In this document: piece by piece, positions 10,233-19,733 of the stretch | Position numbering within the stretch: position 1 is the first letter of the stretch | Layout: the number at the start of each line of letters is the position of its first letter | Sequence record: PZ386966.1 | Strand: one strand, 5' to 3' | Length of the DNA: 64,000 bases | DNA from: a phage | Notes under the pieces: model-generated | The model's database searches: none | What the model was told of the DNA's origin: nothing | Seen by the model: the letters and a program-made list of their open reading frames with translations, nothing else | Program-made: the position numbers and the translations under genes

Positions 10233-10406
10233 TTAATCTTTGCGAAGTGGGTTTTTACTTAAAAGGTTACTTAACAGTTTAACTATACAGACACTTTAAA
10301 ACTCTTAAAAGATTATTTAATAGCTTTTAAAAAGCTTTAAAGTATAACGTATAGAATACGTTAAGATAAAAGATTAAAACTTAATAGTTACTTAAAAGAG
10401 GCTTAC

Positions 10407-10829
10407 ATGCAGAAAATGTTTGTTCACCCAGACATAGCTGACTTTGTTAGGGCTTTGCAGAAGTTGGAAGAACTTGACATTGCTGCTCAACGGGAATATG
10501 CTCACCATCACAGGAGAATGGTTGATATACAACATGAAATAGAGTTGTCTGAAAACTACGAAGATGACTTAAAATGCTCTGTATTTGAGCATATGAAAGA
10601 TGTTGCTACAGCTAGACGTAAAGCTAAAGATACGGTTGCTTTACTAGATTCTCTTAAAAAGAGGTTGCAAAGTGGTACAGACCTGTGTAGTCTAGCGTCA
10701 CTGATTAACGATGTTGAAACTTCTTGGGATAGACATTACTATCCACGTTCTGAAAAGACGCTTGACTTTTCTTCATCTGAAAACTTAAAATGTTCTAGAA
10801 AGAAACTTAACCAACTGAGAGAGAAATAA
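10407..10829 (+). CDS. hypothetical protein
   Basis: 140 aa ORF, first gene of + block. Confidence 0.45.
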   Translation: MQKMFVHPDIADFVRALQKLEELDIAAQREYAHHHRRMVDIQHEIELSENYEDDLKCSVFEHMKDVATARRKAKDTVALLDSLKKRLQSGTDLCSLASLINDVETSWDRHYYPRSEKTLDFSSSENLKCSRKKLNQLREK

Positions 10830-10830
10830 T

Positions 10831-11643
10831 ATGAATACTACTGTAGACCAAATGCTTAAAGAAAAAGGTATTGACGAAGCATTCTTAATCAATGCCGTAG
10901 AAAGCATGGCTATGATTCTTCGTGGAAACAACTATACAGAACAGTTTATTCCTGAGAGTTACAACTTACCTAAAGATAAGTCTGATAACGGTGCTTTTGC
11001 AGAACAGGTTAACATGATGTTGACAGACCATGCACTAGCTCTTGCATCTATCGCTGTTGGTGTTGATGCACTTGCTGAGTTCATTTTTTATGAAATGCAG
11101 AAGAATGACTATATCAGGATGTCAGACGAAAATAAGGAACTGTTGCTGACTCAGGATACTGATTCCCTTATTGATACAATCATTGCATCAACAAGTGCTG
11201 TTATGGCTGCTCTTGAGAAGCGCATGGAAGAGAAGCTGTCACGATATGAAAAGCTTGATTGGGGTGTAGAAGAGTTAACCCCACGAATCAAAGAGATTAT
11301 CCAGCAAACTAAAGAGTCTTTAGAAGAAGCTGTGAAAGATGATTCTGTAGCTAATGTAGAACCACTACAGGTGAAAGTTGCTCTGATGATTCCAGCTATT
11401 TCTACAATGATGAATATCGTTGCACTAATCCAACTTTCTCAGATGTTGGGGGCAAGCATTGAGTTCATTGAGGAGATGACTGGTGGTGTCAGTATGCAAG
11501 CAATCAATGATGTTTTGGTAAACATTGGCGCTTCAATCATTGAAGAGAAGCTACGTATTAATTTTGGTGATGATTTTGTGAAGCAAGTCTCAGCTATGGC
11601 TGAAAAAGAGCAATCACAGATTACTAGTGAACAACTGCACTAA
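10831..11643 (+). CDS. hypothetical protein
   Basis: 270 aa ORF, acidic. Confidence 0.45.
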   Translation: MNTTVDQMLKEKGIDEAFLINAVESMAMILRGNNYTEQFIPESYNLPKDKSDNGAFAEQVNMMLTDHALALASIAVGVDALAEFIFYEMQKNDYIRMSDENKELLLTQDTDSLIDTIIASTSAVMAALEKRMEEKLSRYEKLDWGVEELTPRIKEIIQQTKESLEEAVKDDSVANVEPLQVKVALMIPAISTMMNIVALIQLSQMLGASIEFIEEMTGGVSMQAINDVLVNIGASIIEEKLRINFGDDFVKQVSAMAEKEQSQITSEQLH

Positions 11644-11704
11644 GTCTTTATAAATCTTACAAGCCTCCTTAGTTGGGGGCTTTTTAGTAATTAAGGTAGA
11701 AAGA

Positions 11705-12448
11705 ATGAGTAAAATTATCGCATTTACTGGAAAGGCACGTTCTGGAAAAGACACCTCATGCTCTATTGTGAAGGATATCTTAGAAGATGAGTACGGTTAC
11801 AACGTTGCGGTGATGGCTTTTGCAGACAATCTTAAACTCTCTGCATCAAAGATATTTGACCTGACTTGGAATGACCTGTACGGTGAAACTAAAGAGACAC
11901 CACAAGTCTTTGACTTATCATACTATAAACTCATGCCTAAAGTTACGGAAGCTATGGAGTTCACCTTCAAAGATGAACGTTATCATATGGACTTTAAACT
12001 CTTGTCAGAGTTGACTGGGCGATTAATCATGGAACTTAAGAAGGTCGCTAAACCGACTCTATTAACGCGTCTAGGACTCAGTGAGAAGTATAAATTCTCT
12101 TCAAGACAAATCCAACAGATTTGGGGAACTGAAGTTGTCCGTAAAGTCATGGGTGACAGGTTCTGGTCTAAAGACCTTGAGAAACGAATGGTTAGATTCT
12201 TTGATGTTTGCTCACTTAGAAATGAAGAAGGTGTTGTTTTAATCAGTGACTTAAGGTTTGATTCTGAAGCTGAGTGGCTGAGCAGATTTGCACACCAAAC
12301 TATTGAAGTAAAAAGAGACAATGCGGATAAGATTTCATCACACGTTTCAGAAAACGGTATTTCCACCAAATATGAGCGTGACATTATTCATAATAATGGT
12401 ACTCTTGCAGACCTTGAAAGCAAGCTAAGAGCTATCCTGAAAATTTAA
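11705..12448 (+). CDS. deoxynucleoside monophosphate kinase
   Basis: N-terminal P-loop IAFTGKARSGKDT typical of phage dNMP kinases. Confidence 0.6.
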   Translation: MSKIIAFTGKARSGKDTSCSIVKDILEDEYGYNVAVMAFADNLKLSASKIFDLTWNDLYGETKETPQVFDLSYYKLMPKVTEAMEFTFKDERYHMDFKLLSELTGRLIMELKKVAKPTLLTRLGLSEKYKFSSRQIQQIWGTEVVRKVMGDRFWSKDLEKRMVRFFDVCSLRNEEGVVLISDLRFDSEAEWLSRFAHQTIEVKRDNADKISSHVSENGISTKYERDIIHNNGTLADLESKLRAILKI

Positions 12449-12456
12449 AAGAGAGA

Positions 12457-12657
12457 ATGAAGATGAGAGTAAAAGATAATTTCAAAGTTATTGACCATCG
12501 TTTAGTGGAACTCTCATCTCTTTCCAATGAGGTAATGATTGAACGCCTTAAGAGAGTTGAATCACGAAGGAAAGAGATTGCAGATGAAATTCATGAACTG
12601 GACAAGATTGAAAATGGATTGAAGGCAGAACTACAACGAAGAGGTGCTAATGTCTAA
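12457..12657 (+). CDS. hypothetical protein
   Basis: 66 aa ORF with RBS. Confidence 0.35.
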   Translation: MKMRVKDNFKVIDHRLVELSSLSNEVMIERLKRVESRRKEIADEIHELDKIENGLKAELQRRGANV

Positions 12658-14635
12658 AGGTCGTAAATTGAAAGAGGCTGGTCAGTTTATTGGTCATTGT
12701 GCATGTCCACGTTGTGGCTCATCAGATGCTGGTTCAATCTACCATCATGATGATGATTCTTATTCGATGACTTGCTTTAGTTGTAATAAAGGTTTCCCAG
12801 AGTGGGATTTTGATAAAGGACAAATCGTGAGCACTTATTCTACTGGTTCAGATAATAAAAACCGTACTTTCCGTGGAATGGATTTAGATGACGTAAAAGA
12901 AAACCTAGAAGCAATGGACTTGAAAGACAGGAAGATTCCTGCAAAAGTCCTTGAACGTTTAGGCATCAAGGTTGACATTGATAGTGACGGTGAAATTGAC
13001 GCACATTTCTACCCAACTTACAAACGCAATGAAGATGGCAAACTAGAACATGTTGGCTACCGTGTTCGTCACCGTTACCCAGAAGACCATCCAAAAGAAC
13101 ACCTACGTGGTAAGTTAAAAGACTTTTCAGGTGGTGTTGGAGATATCAAAGGTGAACTGGCAATGTTCGGTTCATGGATTGCTCCAGAAGGTGGCAACCG
13201 TCTATTCATCTGGGAAGGTGAGATGGAATGTGCTACAGCAATCTACATGACTTCTCTGGCAATTAAAGATAAGTCTCGTCGTAAGAATTACTGTCACGTA
13301 TCTGTTCCATCAGGTGCAAACATTAAGTCTATCAAAGACAACTATCAGTACATCACATCATTTGATGAGATTTACTTGTGCTTTGATAACGATGAAGCAG
13401 GTGCTAAAGCTACCAAAGAGGCTGCTGGTATCCTACCTATTGAGAAGGTTCGTTTATTCCAGTATCCAGAGGGTGTAAAAGACCTTAATGAATGGTGGAC
13501 AAAGTTCTATAAAGAGAAAGATACAGTTCTGGAAGGATTTAAGCAGCGTATCTACAATGCACCTCGTTACTGTCCTGCTGGTATCAAGAACTTCGCAGAT
13601 GGTTTTGAGGCAATGAAGAATCGTGGTCAGATTCCATTGATTCCTTTCCCAGAATCTTTCGGAGATTTGAACAGACTGACTTATGGTGGTTATGGTCTAG
13701 GTGAGATTACAACTCTGGCAGCACCATCTTCAGTGGGTAAATCAGCATACACTCGTGAAATGATTTACACAGCTTGGAAAGATACCGATTACAATATTGG
13801 TGTAATTCCTGTAGAAGATACCTATGAAGAGTTGATGGAGATGCTCTGTGCAATCCACCTGAGCAAGCAGATTTCTGAGATTCCTTATGACGAACGTGAT
13901 TGGGATGAATTGAAGGAAGCACATGCAGAACTGTCTAAAGGTCGTCGTATCCACATCGTTGACCATCAAGGTGCAATTGACCAAGATAACCTGCTGGAAT
14001 TTGTTGACTATCTTGTTAATAGTTTAGACTGTAAGATTATTATTCTTGACCCTATTACGTTGGCTCTGTCACGTTCAGATACGGATGAAGAGGAAGTTTT
14101 GTCTGAACTATTGCGTCGTTGCAAACGCTACCAGTATGCACAGGTAAACGTCTGCCACGTTCGTAAGAGCGCAGGTGGTCAGAAGGCTAACTCTGAAGGT
14201 GGGGATATCTCTGAAGAGGATATTAAAGGCTCTGGTGCGTATTTCCAGATTTCTATGAACAACATTCTGTTAATGCGTAACAAGGTTGACCCAGACCCTG
14301 TTAAGAAAAACTTGACAAAAATCAAGTTAACTAAATGCCGTCGTCATGGCAAGTCAACGGGTATTGCTGGTCATACTTGGTACAATCCAGATACAGGACG
14401 TCTCATTAAAGCATCTGGTTGTGGAGTTGATATTGATGGTGCAGCAGAGAATATTCGCCAACAGTTTGGCATTGGTGAAGCTGAAGACCATTACGATGAC
14501 TCTTTGCCACATTATGAGGATGAAGTGTTTGACCGTGAGACTGGTGAAGTCTATACTGAAGAGCAGCGTCAAAGCTCAACGATTCCACCTGTATTAAGTG
14601 AGGATGCAGATGACTGCCCATTCGAAACTGAGTGA
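12644..14635 (+). CDS. DNA primase-helicase (T7 gp4-like)
   Basis: N-terminal Cys4 zinc finger (CACPRCGSSD...CFSCNKG), central primase region, DnaB-like Walker A APSSVGKSAY. Confidence 0.85.
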   Translation: MLMSKGRKLKEAGQFIGHCACPRCGSSDAGSIYHHDDDSYSMTCFSCNKGFPEWDFDKGQIVSTYSTGSDNKNRTFRGMDLDDVKENLEAMDLKDRKIPAKVLERLGIKVDIDSDGEIDAHFYPTYKRNEDGKLEHVGYRVRHRYPEDHPKEHLRGKLKDFSGGVGDIKGELAMFGSWIAPEGGNRLFIWEGEMECATAIYMTSLAIKDKSRRKNYCHVSVPSGANIKSIKDNYQYITSFDEIYLCFDNDEAGAKATKEAAGILPIEKVRLFQYPEGVKDLNEWWTKFYKEKDTVLEGFKQRIYNAPRYCPAGIKNFADGFEAMKNRGQIPLIPFPESFGDLNRLTYGGYGLGEITTLAAPSSVGKSAYTREMIYTAWKDTDYNIGVIPVEDTYEELMEMLCAIHLSKQISEIPYDERDWDELKEAHAELSKGRRIHIVDHQGAIDQDNLLEFVDYLVNSLDCKIIILDPITLALSRSDTDEEEVLSELLRRCKRYQYAQVNVCHVRKSAGGQKANSEGGDISEEDIKGSGAYFQISMNNILLMRNKVDPDPVKKNLTKIKLTKCRRHGKSTGIAGHTWYNPDTGRLIKASGCGVDIDGAAENIRQQFGIGEAEDHYDDSLPHYEDEVFDRETGEVYTEEQRQSSTIPPVLSEDADDCPFETE

Positions 14636-15109
14636 TAGTTATAAAAGAGAGGGGTTCACACCCTTCTTTGAAGAAAAAAGTTTAAATAAATTTCAGGAAG
14701 AGTGTTTGACAAAGATTGATAGGTTCTATAGAATGCTCTACATGAAATGTGATGGAGGCATTGAGGTAGAAGAAAAGTTCCATCACAGTATTATCACAGT
14801 CACTATTACTATACCTCAGCATAATATTGGTTGGCTGTTTATAATGAAAGAAAATGTGTTTGAATATCAAGTATATCGGAGAATATCATGAAACACTCTA
14901 AAGCATTTGAAAAAGTTTTTGGGGATTCCTTAAAAGCCACTGCTGGAAAACCAGCAAAATACTATGAAGAAAAACGTGTAAGAACTGGAAAAACTGCACG
15001 TAAAGCAGCCTCTAAAGATAAGCACAACTTCCAGTAATTAGCATTTGACAATAGAGTATCAACAAATTAGAATTGGTACTCTTCATAAATTGAGATAGAG
15101 GTTTAAATA

Positions 15110-15967
15110 ATGTCTAAAGTTGTTAAAATGAAAGCTCCGGTAGAGAAGTACAACGGTACTGAACGTCAAACTCTGCGTTACCTGCTGAAAGATGTCTGGT
15201 TTTATTACCTGAACACTTCACCACGTCCGGGCAAAGGTAAATCTATTGACAAGAAATTCCCAGGAAAAGATTGTAACTACAGCGTGTCAATTCTGGCAGA
15301 AGACGGTAACAAGCTCTTTAAAGAGTTTACTAAGTCTAAGAAGAACCCAGAAGGTTGGGATAAAGTTACTACTGAAGCAGTTGATGCAGATGACTTCGAA
15401 GAGAAGTTTGGTTGCAAACCACCTTTTGAAGCAGACACTTACTACATCTTGAAAGTAAGTCGTGCAGCAGCTTATAAAGATGGTGCTGTATGGACAGCTA
15501 AACAGTCATTCCCTGTTATGCTTATTGAAGAAGTAAATGGTAAGCGTGTAGCTGTTAAACAGCCGATGAAGAAAATTAAAGCTCAAGCATCTGATAAACA
15601 TGAAGATGACAAGAACTATGATGTAATTCATCCAGATATTGCAGTTGGTAACGGTTCTTTTGGTAGTGTGATTCTTTCTACTCACTTCTACACTTTTGAG
15701 AACAATGTTCTGACAAAACCTATTCAGGAACAGTTTATCATTGATACTCTTGTACCTTACACTGGTGGTAACGGTGCTAACGGCGAACCTGAACTGGATG
15801 AAGACGAACTGGCTATGCTTGGTCTTGATGGTGTCGAAGATAACGGTGAAATCACTGAAGAAGACGCAACAGACCATAAATCTTCGAATGAGTCTGATGA
15901 TGGTGATGATGAAGATTTGCCAGACCCAGATGACGAAGAAGATGAAGACTTCGATACAGAAGACTAA
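15110..15967 (+). CDS. putative single-stranded DNA-binding protein
   Basis: Strongly acidic C-terminal tail ending DEDFDTED, like T7 gp2.5-type SSBs; position in replication module. Confidence 0.45.
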   Translation: MSKVVKMKAPVEKYNGTERQTLRYLLKDVWFYYLNTSPRPGKGKSIDKKFPGKDCNYSVSILAEDGNKLFKEFTKSKKNPEGWDKVTTEAVDADDFEEKFGCKPPFEADTYYILKVSRAAAYKDGAVWTAKQSFPVMLIEEVNGKRVAVKQPMKKIKAQASDKHEDDKNYDVIHPDIAVGNGSFGSVILSTHFYTFENNVLTKPIQEQFIIDTLVPYTGGNGANGEPELDEDELAMLGLDGVEDNGEITEEDATDHKSSNESDDGDDEDLPDPDDEEDEDFDTED

Positions 15968-16029
15968 TCTCTAAAAGTTACTTTAAAGCCCTGTACTTAG
16001 TATGGGGCTTTTTCATATGGAGAGCCATA

Positions 16030-17076
16030 ATGGAGAAGTACACATTAACAAAACTTCCCGATTCAGTTACACATGTTTTTATTGACTCTGACAGTATTGC
16101 CTATAAAGGTGCTTGTGTAGTTGAGAAAGCAAAATATAAATATGTCAATAAACTCACAGCAGAAGAATCTGAACCATTTGATAATGCGAAAGATGCTGCA
16201 AGATGGTTAGCAGACCAGAGAATCCTTGTGGAAGAACTTGGCCTGACATTTGATGAAGATGAATGGGAAAGACAAACTTGGAAAGAAGCTAAGAGTGAAA
16301 AAGAAGCTATCATGGCTACTCAACAGGTGCTTCAGGAATGGCTTAAGGTGGTTGGTAAAGAGAGAACTTGGGTAGGTTATTTAACAGAGAAAGGTGTGCA
16401 TAAACATAAAGACATTAAAGGTCTTGAGCACCAATATCAAGGGAACCGTAAAGATGCTGTCACACCAACACACTTAGTCGCTTGTCGTGAATATCTTCTG
16501 TCAAGACCAGAGTTCAAATTGATTCTTGATGGATTTGAAGCTGACTCTATCGTTATCGCTAAAGCTGAAAAGATGGGAAAAAAGGCTGCCTTAATGAGTA
16601 TTGATAAAGACCTTCGCCAAGCTGAAGGTACTTACTGCATTGATATGACCTATGAAAAATCACCTTTAATTTTCATTGCTGATAACAACGTTGGTGAAAT
16701 TTGGGATTGTCCAATAAAATCGACACCAAAAACTAAGAAGACAGTTGGTGTAGGTTTTAAATTTCTTTGTTATCAAGCTGTGGCTGGTGATAATGCGGAT
16801 AATTACTTTGGTTTAAAGGGTGTTGGCAAAGCTGCTGTGATGAAGGCTCTTGAAGGGAAAACAACTTACAAAGAGTGCCTTGATGCAATTTACGAGCTAT
16901 ATGCTAAGAAAGACTCCTACACTTATGTATCATGGGATGGTCAAACAATTACCAGAACACCTTTAGAATTAATGCAGCAACACTTTTTCTTAGCTTATCA
17001 GGAAAGAAATAAGAAAGACGATTTTACTTTTGATAAGTATGGGTGGACACCAAATGTTAACTCAACAAACTCTTAA
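16030..17076 (+). CDS. 5'-3' exonuclease / flap endonuclease
   Basis: VFIDSDSIAYKG, GFEADSIVIA...SIDKD and AGDNADNYFGLKGVG motifs parallel T5/T7 FEN family. Confidence 0.7.
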   Translation: MEKYTLTKLPDSVTHVFIDSDSIAYKGACVVEKAKYKYVNKLTAEESEPFDNAKDAARWLADQRILVEELGLTFDEDEWERQTWKEAKSEKEAIMATQQVLQEWLKVVGKERTWVGYLTEKGVHKHKDIKGLEHQYQGNRKDAVTPTHLVACREYLLSRPEFKLILDGFEADSIVIAKAEKMGKKAALMSIDKDLRQAEGTYCIDMTYEKSPLIFIADNNVGEIWDCPIKSTPKTKKTVGVGFKFLCYQAVAGDNADNYFGLKGVGKAAVMKALEGKTTYKECLDAIYELYAKKDSYTYVSWDGQTITRTPLELMQQHFFLAYQERNKKDDFTFDKYGWTPNVNSTNS

Positions 17077-17554
17077 AGAGTACCTGCGCTATGACCCCGA
17101 AACAGGGGTCTTTACTTGGTTAGTTGATAGAAAAGGTAAGGCCAAAGCTGGCTCAGTAGCAGGTTTGAAACACCATAGCGGTTATATCTATATAAAACTC
17201 TTCGGGAAAAGATACGCAGCACACAGACTGGCATTCTTGTATATGAAAGGATACCTCCCAAAATTTGTTGACCATAAGAATGGTATCAGGCACGACAACT
17301 GGTTCGACAATTTGAGAGAGTGTAGCAGGTCAGACAATAACTGTAATGCAGTCAAAAGAAGAGATAATAAATCTGGTGTGAAGGGTGTATATTACCACAA
17401 GCAAAGGGGTAGATGGGCTGCACAAGTCAAGCATAATAAAGTTTGCTATCATCTAGGTTTATTTGACTCTATCGCTGAGGCTGAATCAGTTGTCAAAAAG
17501 AAAAGAGAAGAACTCCATAGAGAGTTTACAAATCACGGAGAAGCTTATGAATGA
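17030..17554 (+). CDS. HNH homing endonuclease with AP2-like DNA-binding domain
   Basis: VDHKNGIRHDN HNH motif and GVKGVYYHKQRGRWAAQV AP2-like segment; start uncertain. Confidence 0.6.
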   Translation: MISMGGHQMLTQQTLKEYLRYDPETGVFTWLVDRKGKAKAGSVAGLKHHSGYIYIKLFGKRYAAHRLAFLYMKGYLPKFVDHKNGIRHDNWFDNLRECSRSDNNCNAVKRRDNKSGVKGVYYHKQRGRWAAQVKHNKVCYHLGLFDSIAEAESVVKKKREELHREFTNHGEAYE

Positions 17555-18051
17555 TTAAAGTTAAAGGTTTTGGGAGTTGTCCAACTTATGGACATTGGGT
17601 TTCACTATGTGGTGAAGTTGACCCAGCAAAGCACTTTGGTTTTGTCTACCTAGTGTACTGCAAAAAGACTGGACAGTACTATTTGGGTAAGAAACAGCTT
17701 AATAGCGTAACCAAAAGAAAAGTTGCTGGCAAGACTCGGAAGAAGATAGTCACTAAGGAAAGTGATTGGATGACTTACGAGACTTCTTCTGAGTATATTA
17801 AAAAAGATATTGAGAGCTTTGGAAAAGAATTTTTTGACTTTTACATTATCCAAACCTACTACACAAAAGGTGGTCTAGTTTATGGTGAAGCAAACCTTCA
17901 ACATAAGTTCGATGTGATGACAAAAAGGATTGACTCGAAGCTCAGACTCTTCTACAATGCCAATATTGCAGCAATTAAGTTTATTACTAAAGAAACTTAT
18001 GAAGATGCTGAAAAAAGAATCCATAAGGTAATGAAAGCAAATCGTGCTTGA
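17551..18051 (+). CDS. GIY-YIG-like endonuclease domain protein
   Basis: FVYLVYCKKTGQYYLGKK resembles the GIY-(x10)-YIG motif. Confidence 0.4.
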   Translation: MIKVKGFGSCPTYGHWVSLCGEVDPAKHFGFVYLVYCKKTGQYYLGKKQLNSVTKRKVAGKTRKKIVTKESDWMTYETSSEYIKKDIESFGKEFFDFYIIQTYYTKGGLVYGEANLQHKFDVMTKRIDSKLRLFYNANIAAIKFITKETYEDAEKRIHKVMKANRA

Positions 18052-18057
18052 TAACTA

Positions 18058-18321
18058 TTGAGAGAGAATAAAATGTTTAACAAAAGTAAAGCTGTGAGTC
18101 ATGTAGCAAAAGTTGACAGCAAGATTGAAGAACTTGAGCGCATCCTTGCAAATGCTAGAGAGTCAATAATTAAAGAAGTTGAAGCTGTTGAGTCTCAAAT
18201 GCAGCACCTAATGCTTAAGCGTCAAGAGCTACGTGAGCATCTAGAATATATTGAAACACGAGAGCTAAAGGTTAACAAATATTTTAAGGAGTCCGAATGT
18301 TTAACTCAAGAGAATCAGTAA
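18058..18321 (+). CDS. hypothetical coiled-coil protein
   Basis: 87 aa ORF. Confidence 0.35.
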   Translation: MRENKMFNKSKAVSHVAKVDSKIEELERILANARESIIKEVEAVESQMQHLMLKRQELREHLEYIETRELKVNKYFKESECLTQENQ

Positions 18322-19052
18322 AAAACTGGAACCTTCGTTGTGGAAACACTCAAAAGCAACCTTACAGTAATGAGTATTGGGAATCTTTAAAATCTCAATC
18401 TCTGTGTATGCTTGAAGAAGCAAAAGAGCTTGTAAAAGCAATTGAAGAGAAAGACCCCATTGAGACACTGGATGCTCAGGCAGATTTGCAATATGTTCTT
18501 GACGGCTTGATTTATCTGTCACAACATGACCATAACGGTGCTATGAAAGCTGTTTGCCATAATAATGACCTGAAGTACACAGATGACTATGAAGAAGCTT
18601 TAAAACGTCTTGCAGACATTGAAAAGCGTACTGGTCAAGAGTGTATTATCAGAATGTCAGTAGTTGATGGTAAAGAGTGGTATGCTATTGTTCGTGCAGC
18701 CGATGGGAAGATTATGAAGCAATCAAATCTCCCTAAAGTACAGCTTGGTGAATACATTGTAGAACTTGAAAGCCAAGAACTTTTTGTGGTAGTATCTGAG
18801 ACATGCGTTATCTGCAAAGGTATTGTAGGTAGCTTAAAGGATTTGGGTGTAGATGGTTTTGTAGAAGTTAATCCAATTACCTCTAAAGCAGATAAAGACT
18901 TCTGTAAAGAGAATGGACTATGGATTGCAGATATTGTCTACTATGATGGTGAGCAGTTCCATGTAACCTCATACCCGAAACTGAATTATGATGCTAATAA
19001 CCTGAAGTGCTGGTTAAAAGGGGTTGGTTATAATGGATTCACAGAACATTAA
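18297..19052 (+). CDS. hypothetical protein, possibly MazG-like NTP pyrophosphohydrolase
   Basis: LEEAKELVKAIEEKD...DAQADL acidic helices resembling MazG EExxE/D motifs; weak. Confidence 0.35.
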   Translation: MFNSRESVKNWNLRCGNTQKQPYSNEYWESLKSQSLCMLEEAKELVKAIEEKDPIETLDAQADLQYVLDGLIYLSQHDHNGAMKAVCHNNDLKYTDDYEEALKRLADIEKRTGQECIIRMSVVDGKEWYAIVRAADGKIMKQSNLPKVQLGEYIVELESQELFVVVSETCVICKGIVGSLKDLGVDGFVEVNPITSKADKDFCKENGLWIADIVYYDGEQFHVTSYPKLNYDANNLKCWLKGVGYNGFTEH

Positions 19053-19356
19053 TAAAGAGGGTGTGGCTCAGAAGAGCCACTTCTCAAACTACAATATTTC
19101 TATGACGGTGTTTATGAATGACCCGTTACTTGAAAAGTATGGTGAGACTCCAGATACACTTCTGGATAATGAACAAGTTTTAAAAGCAGTCCTGTACAAA
19201 TACGGGATTGACATTGAGAAAGAGTATTCTTTTGAAATATGCCAACACAGGAATACTTTTGGTAAAGTTGTGATGGCTCCACTTTTTATGGGTGTAGAAA
19301 GGACTGACTACGGTTGGTTATATCTAAAAAGAAACTTGGAGAAATACCGTGTCTAA
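19024..19356 (+). CDS. hypothetical protein
   Basis: 110 aa ORF. Confidence 0.35.
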   Translation: MVIMDSQNINKEGVAQKSHFSNYNISMTVFMNDPLLEKYGETPDTLLDNEQVLKAVLYKYGIDIEKEYSFEICQHRNTFGKVVMAPLFMGVERTDYGWLYLKRNLEKYRV

Positions 19357-19687
19357 AGCAAAAAAGCTATCTTATGATGACATTATCTCAGGTGTTAAGT
19401 TAGGTGTTGACAGCATCGGACAAGACGTTAAGCACGGAGACACAGTTATGTACTGTGATGACCGAAGAGGGAGAAGTGCAATCTTGTTTGGAAGAATTGT
19501 TTGCAAGATGCGAGGTAATTACGTTGTTGCAGACATGGATGTGAACGTTACACAAAAACTTGAAACAATTACGGATAATAATACATCATCATGGTTCTCC
19601 CTGAACTGTATGCACACTTCTTCAGTCACAAAAGTAAGTGATAAGTTTTACGATATGTGGCAGAATGAGCAAATTTTCAAGATTTAA
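19349..19687 (+). CDS. hypothetical protein
   Basis: 112 aa ORF. Confidence 0.35.
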   Translation: MSKAKKLSYDDIISGVKLGVDSIGQDVKHGDTVMYCDDRRGRSAILFGRIVCKMRGNYVVADMDVNVTQKLETITDNNTSSWFSLNCMHTSSVTKVSDKFYDMWQNEQIFKI

Positions 19688-19692
19688 ACTAG

Positions 19693-19716
19693 GGAGCCTC
19701 TTCGGAGGCTCTTTTC
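19693..19716 (+). terminator. intrinsic terminator
   Basis: GAGCCTC-TTCG-GAGGCTC hairpin then TTTTC. Confidence 0.6.
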
Positions 19717-19733
19717 ATCTGTAGGATTCGAAA

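Noticed and set aside
14598-14891. 97-aa ORF overlapping the 3' end of the primase-helicase gene
   Set aside because: Start is internal to the helicase gene and composition is atypical; possibly a shorter real gene from an internal Met but not supportable.
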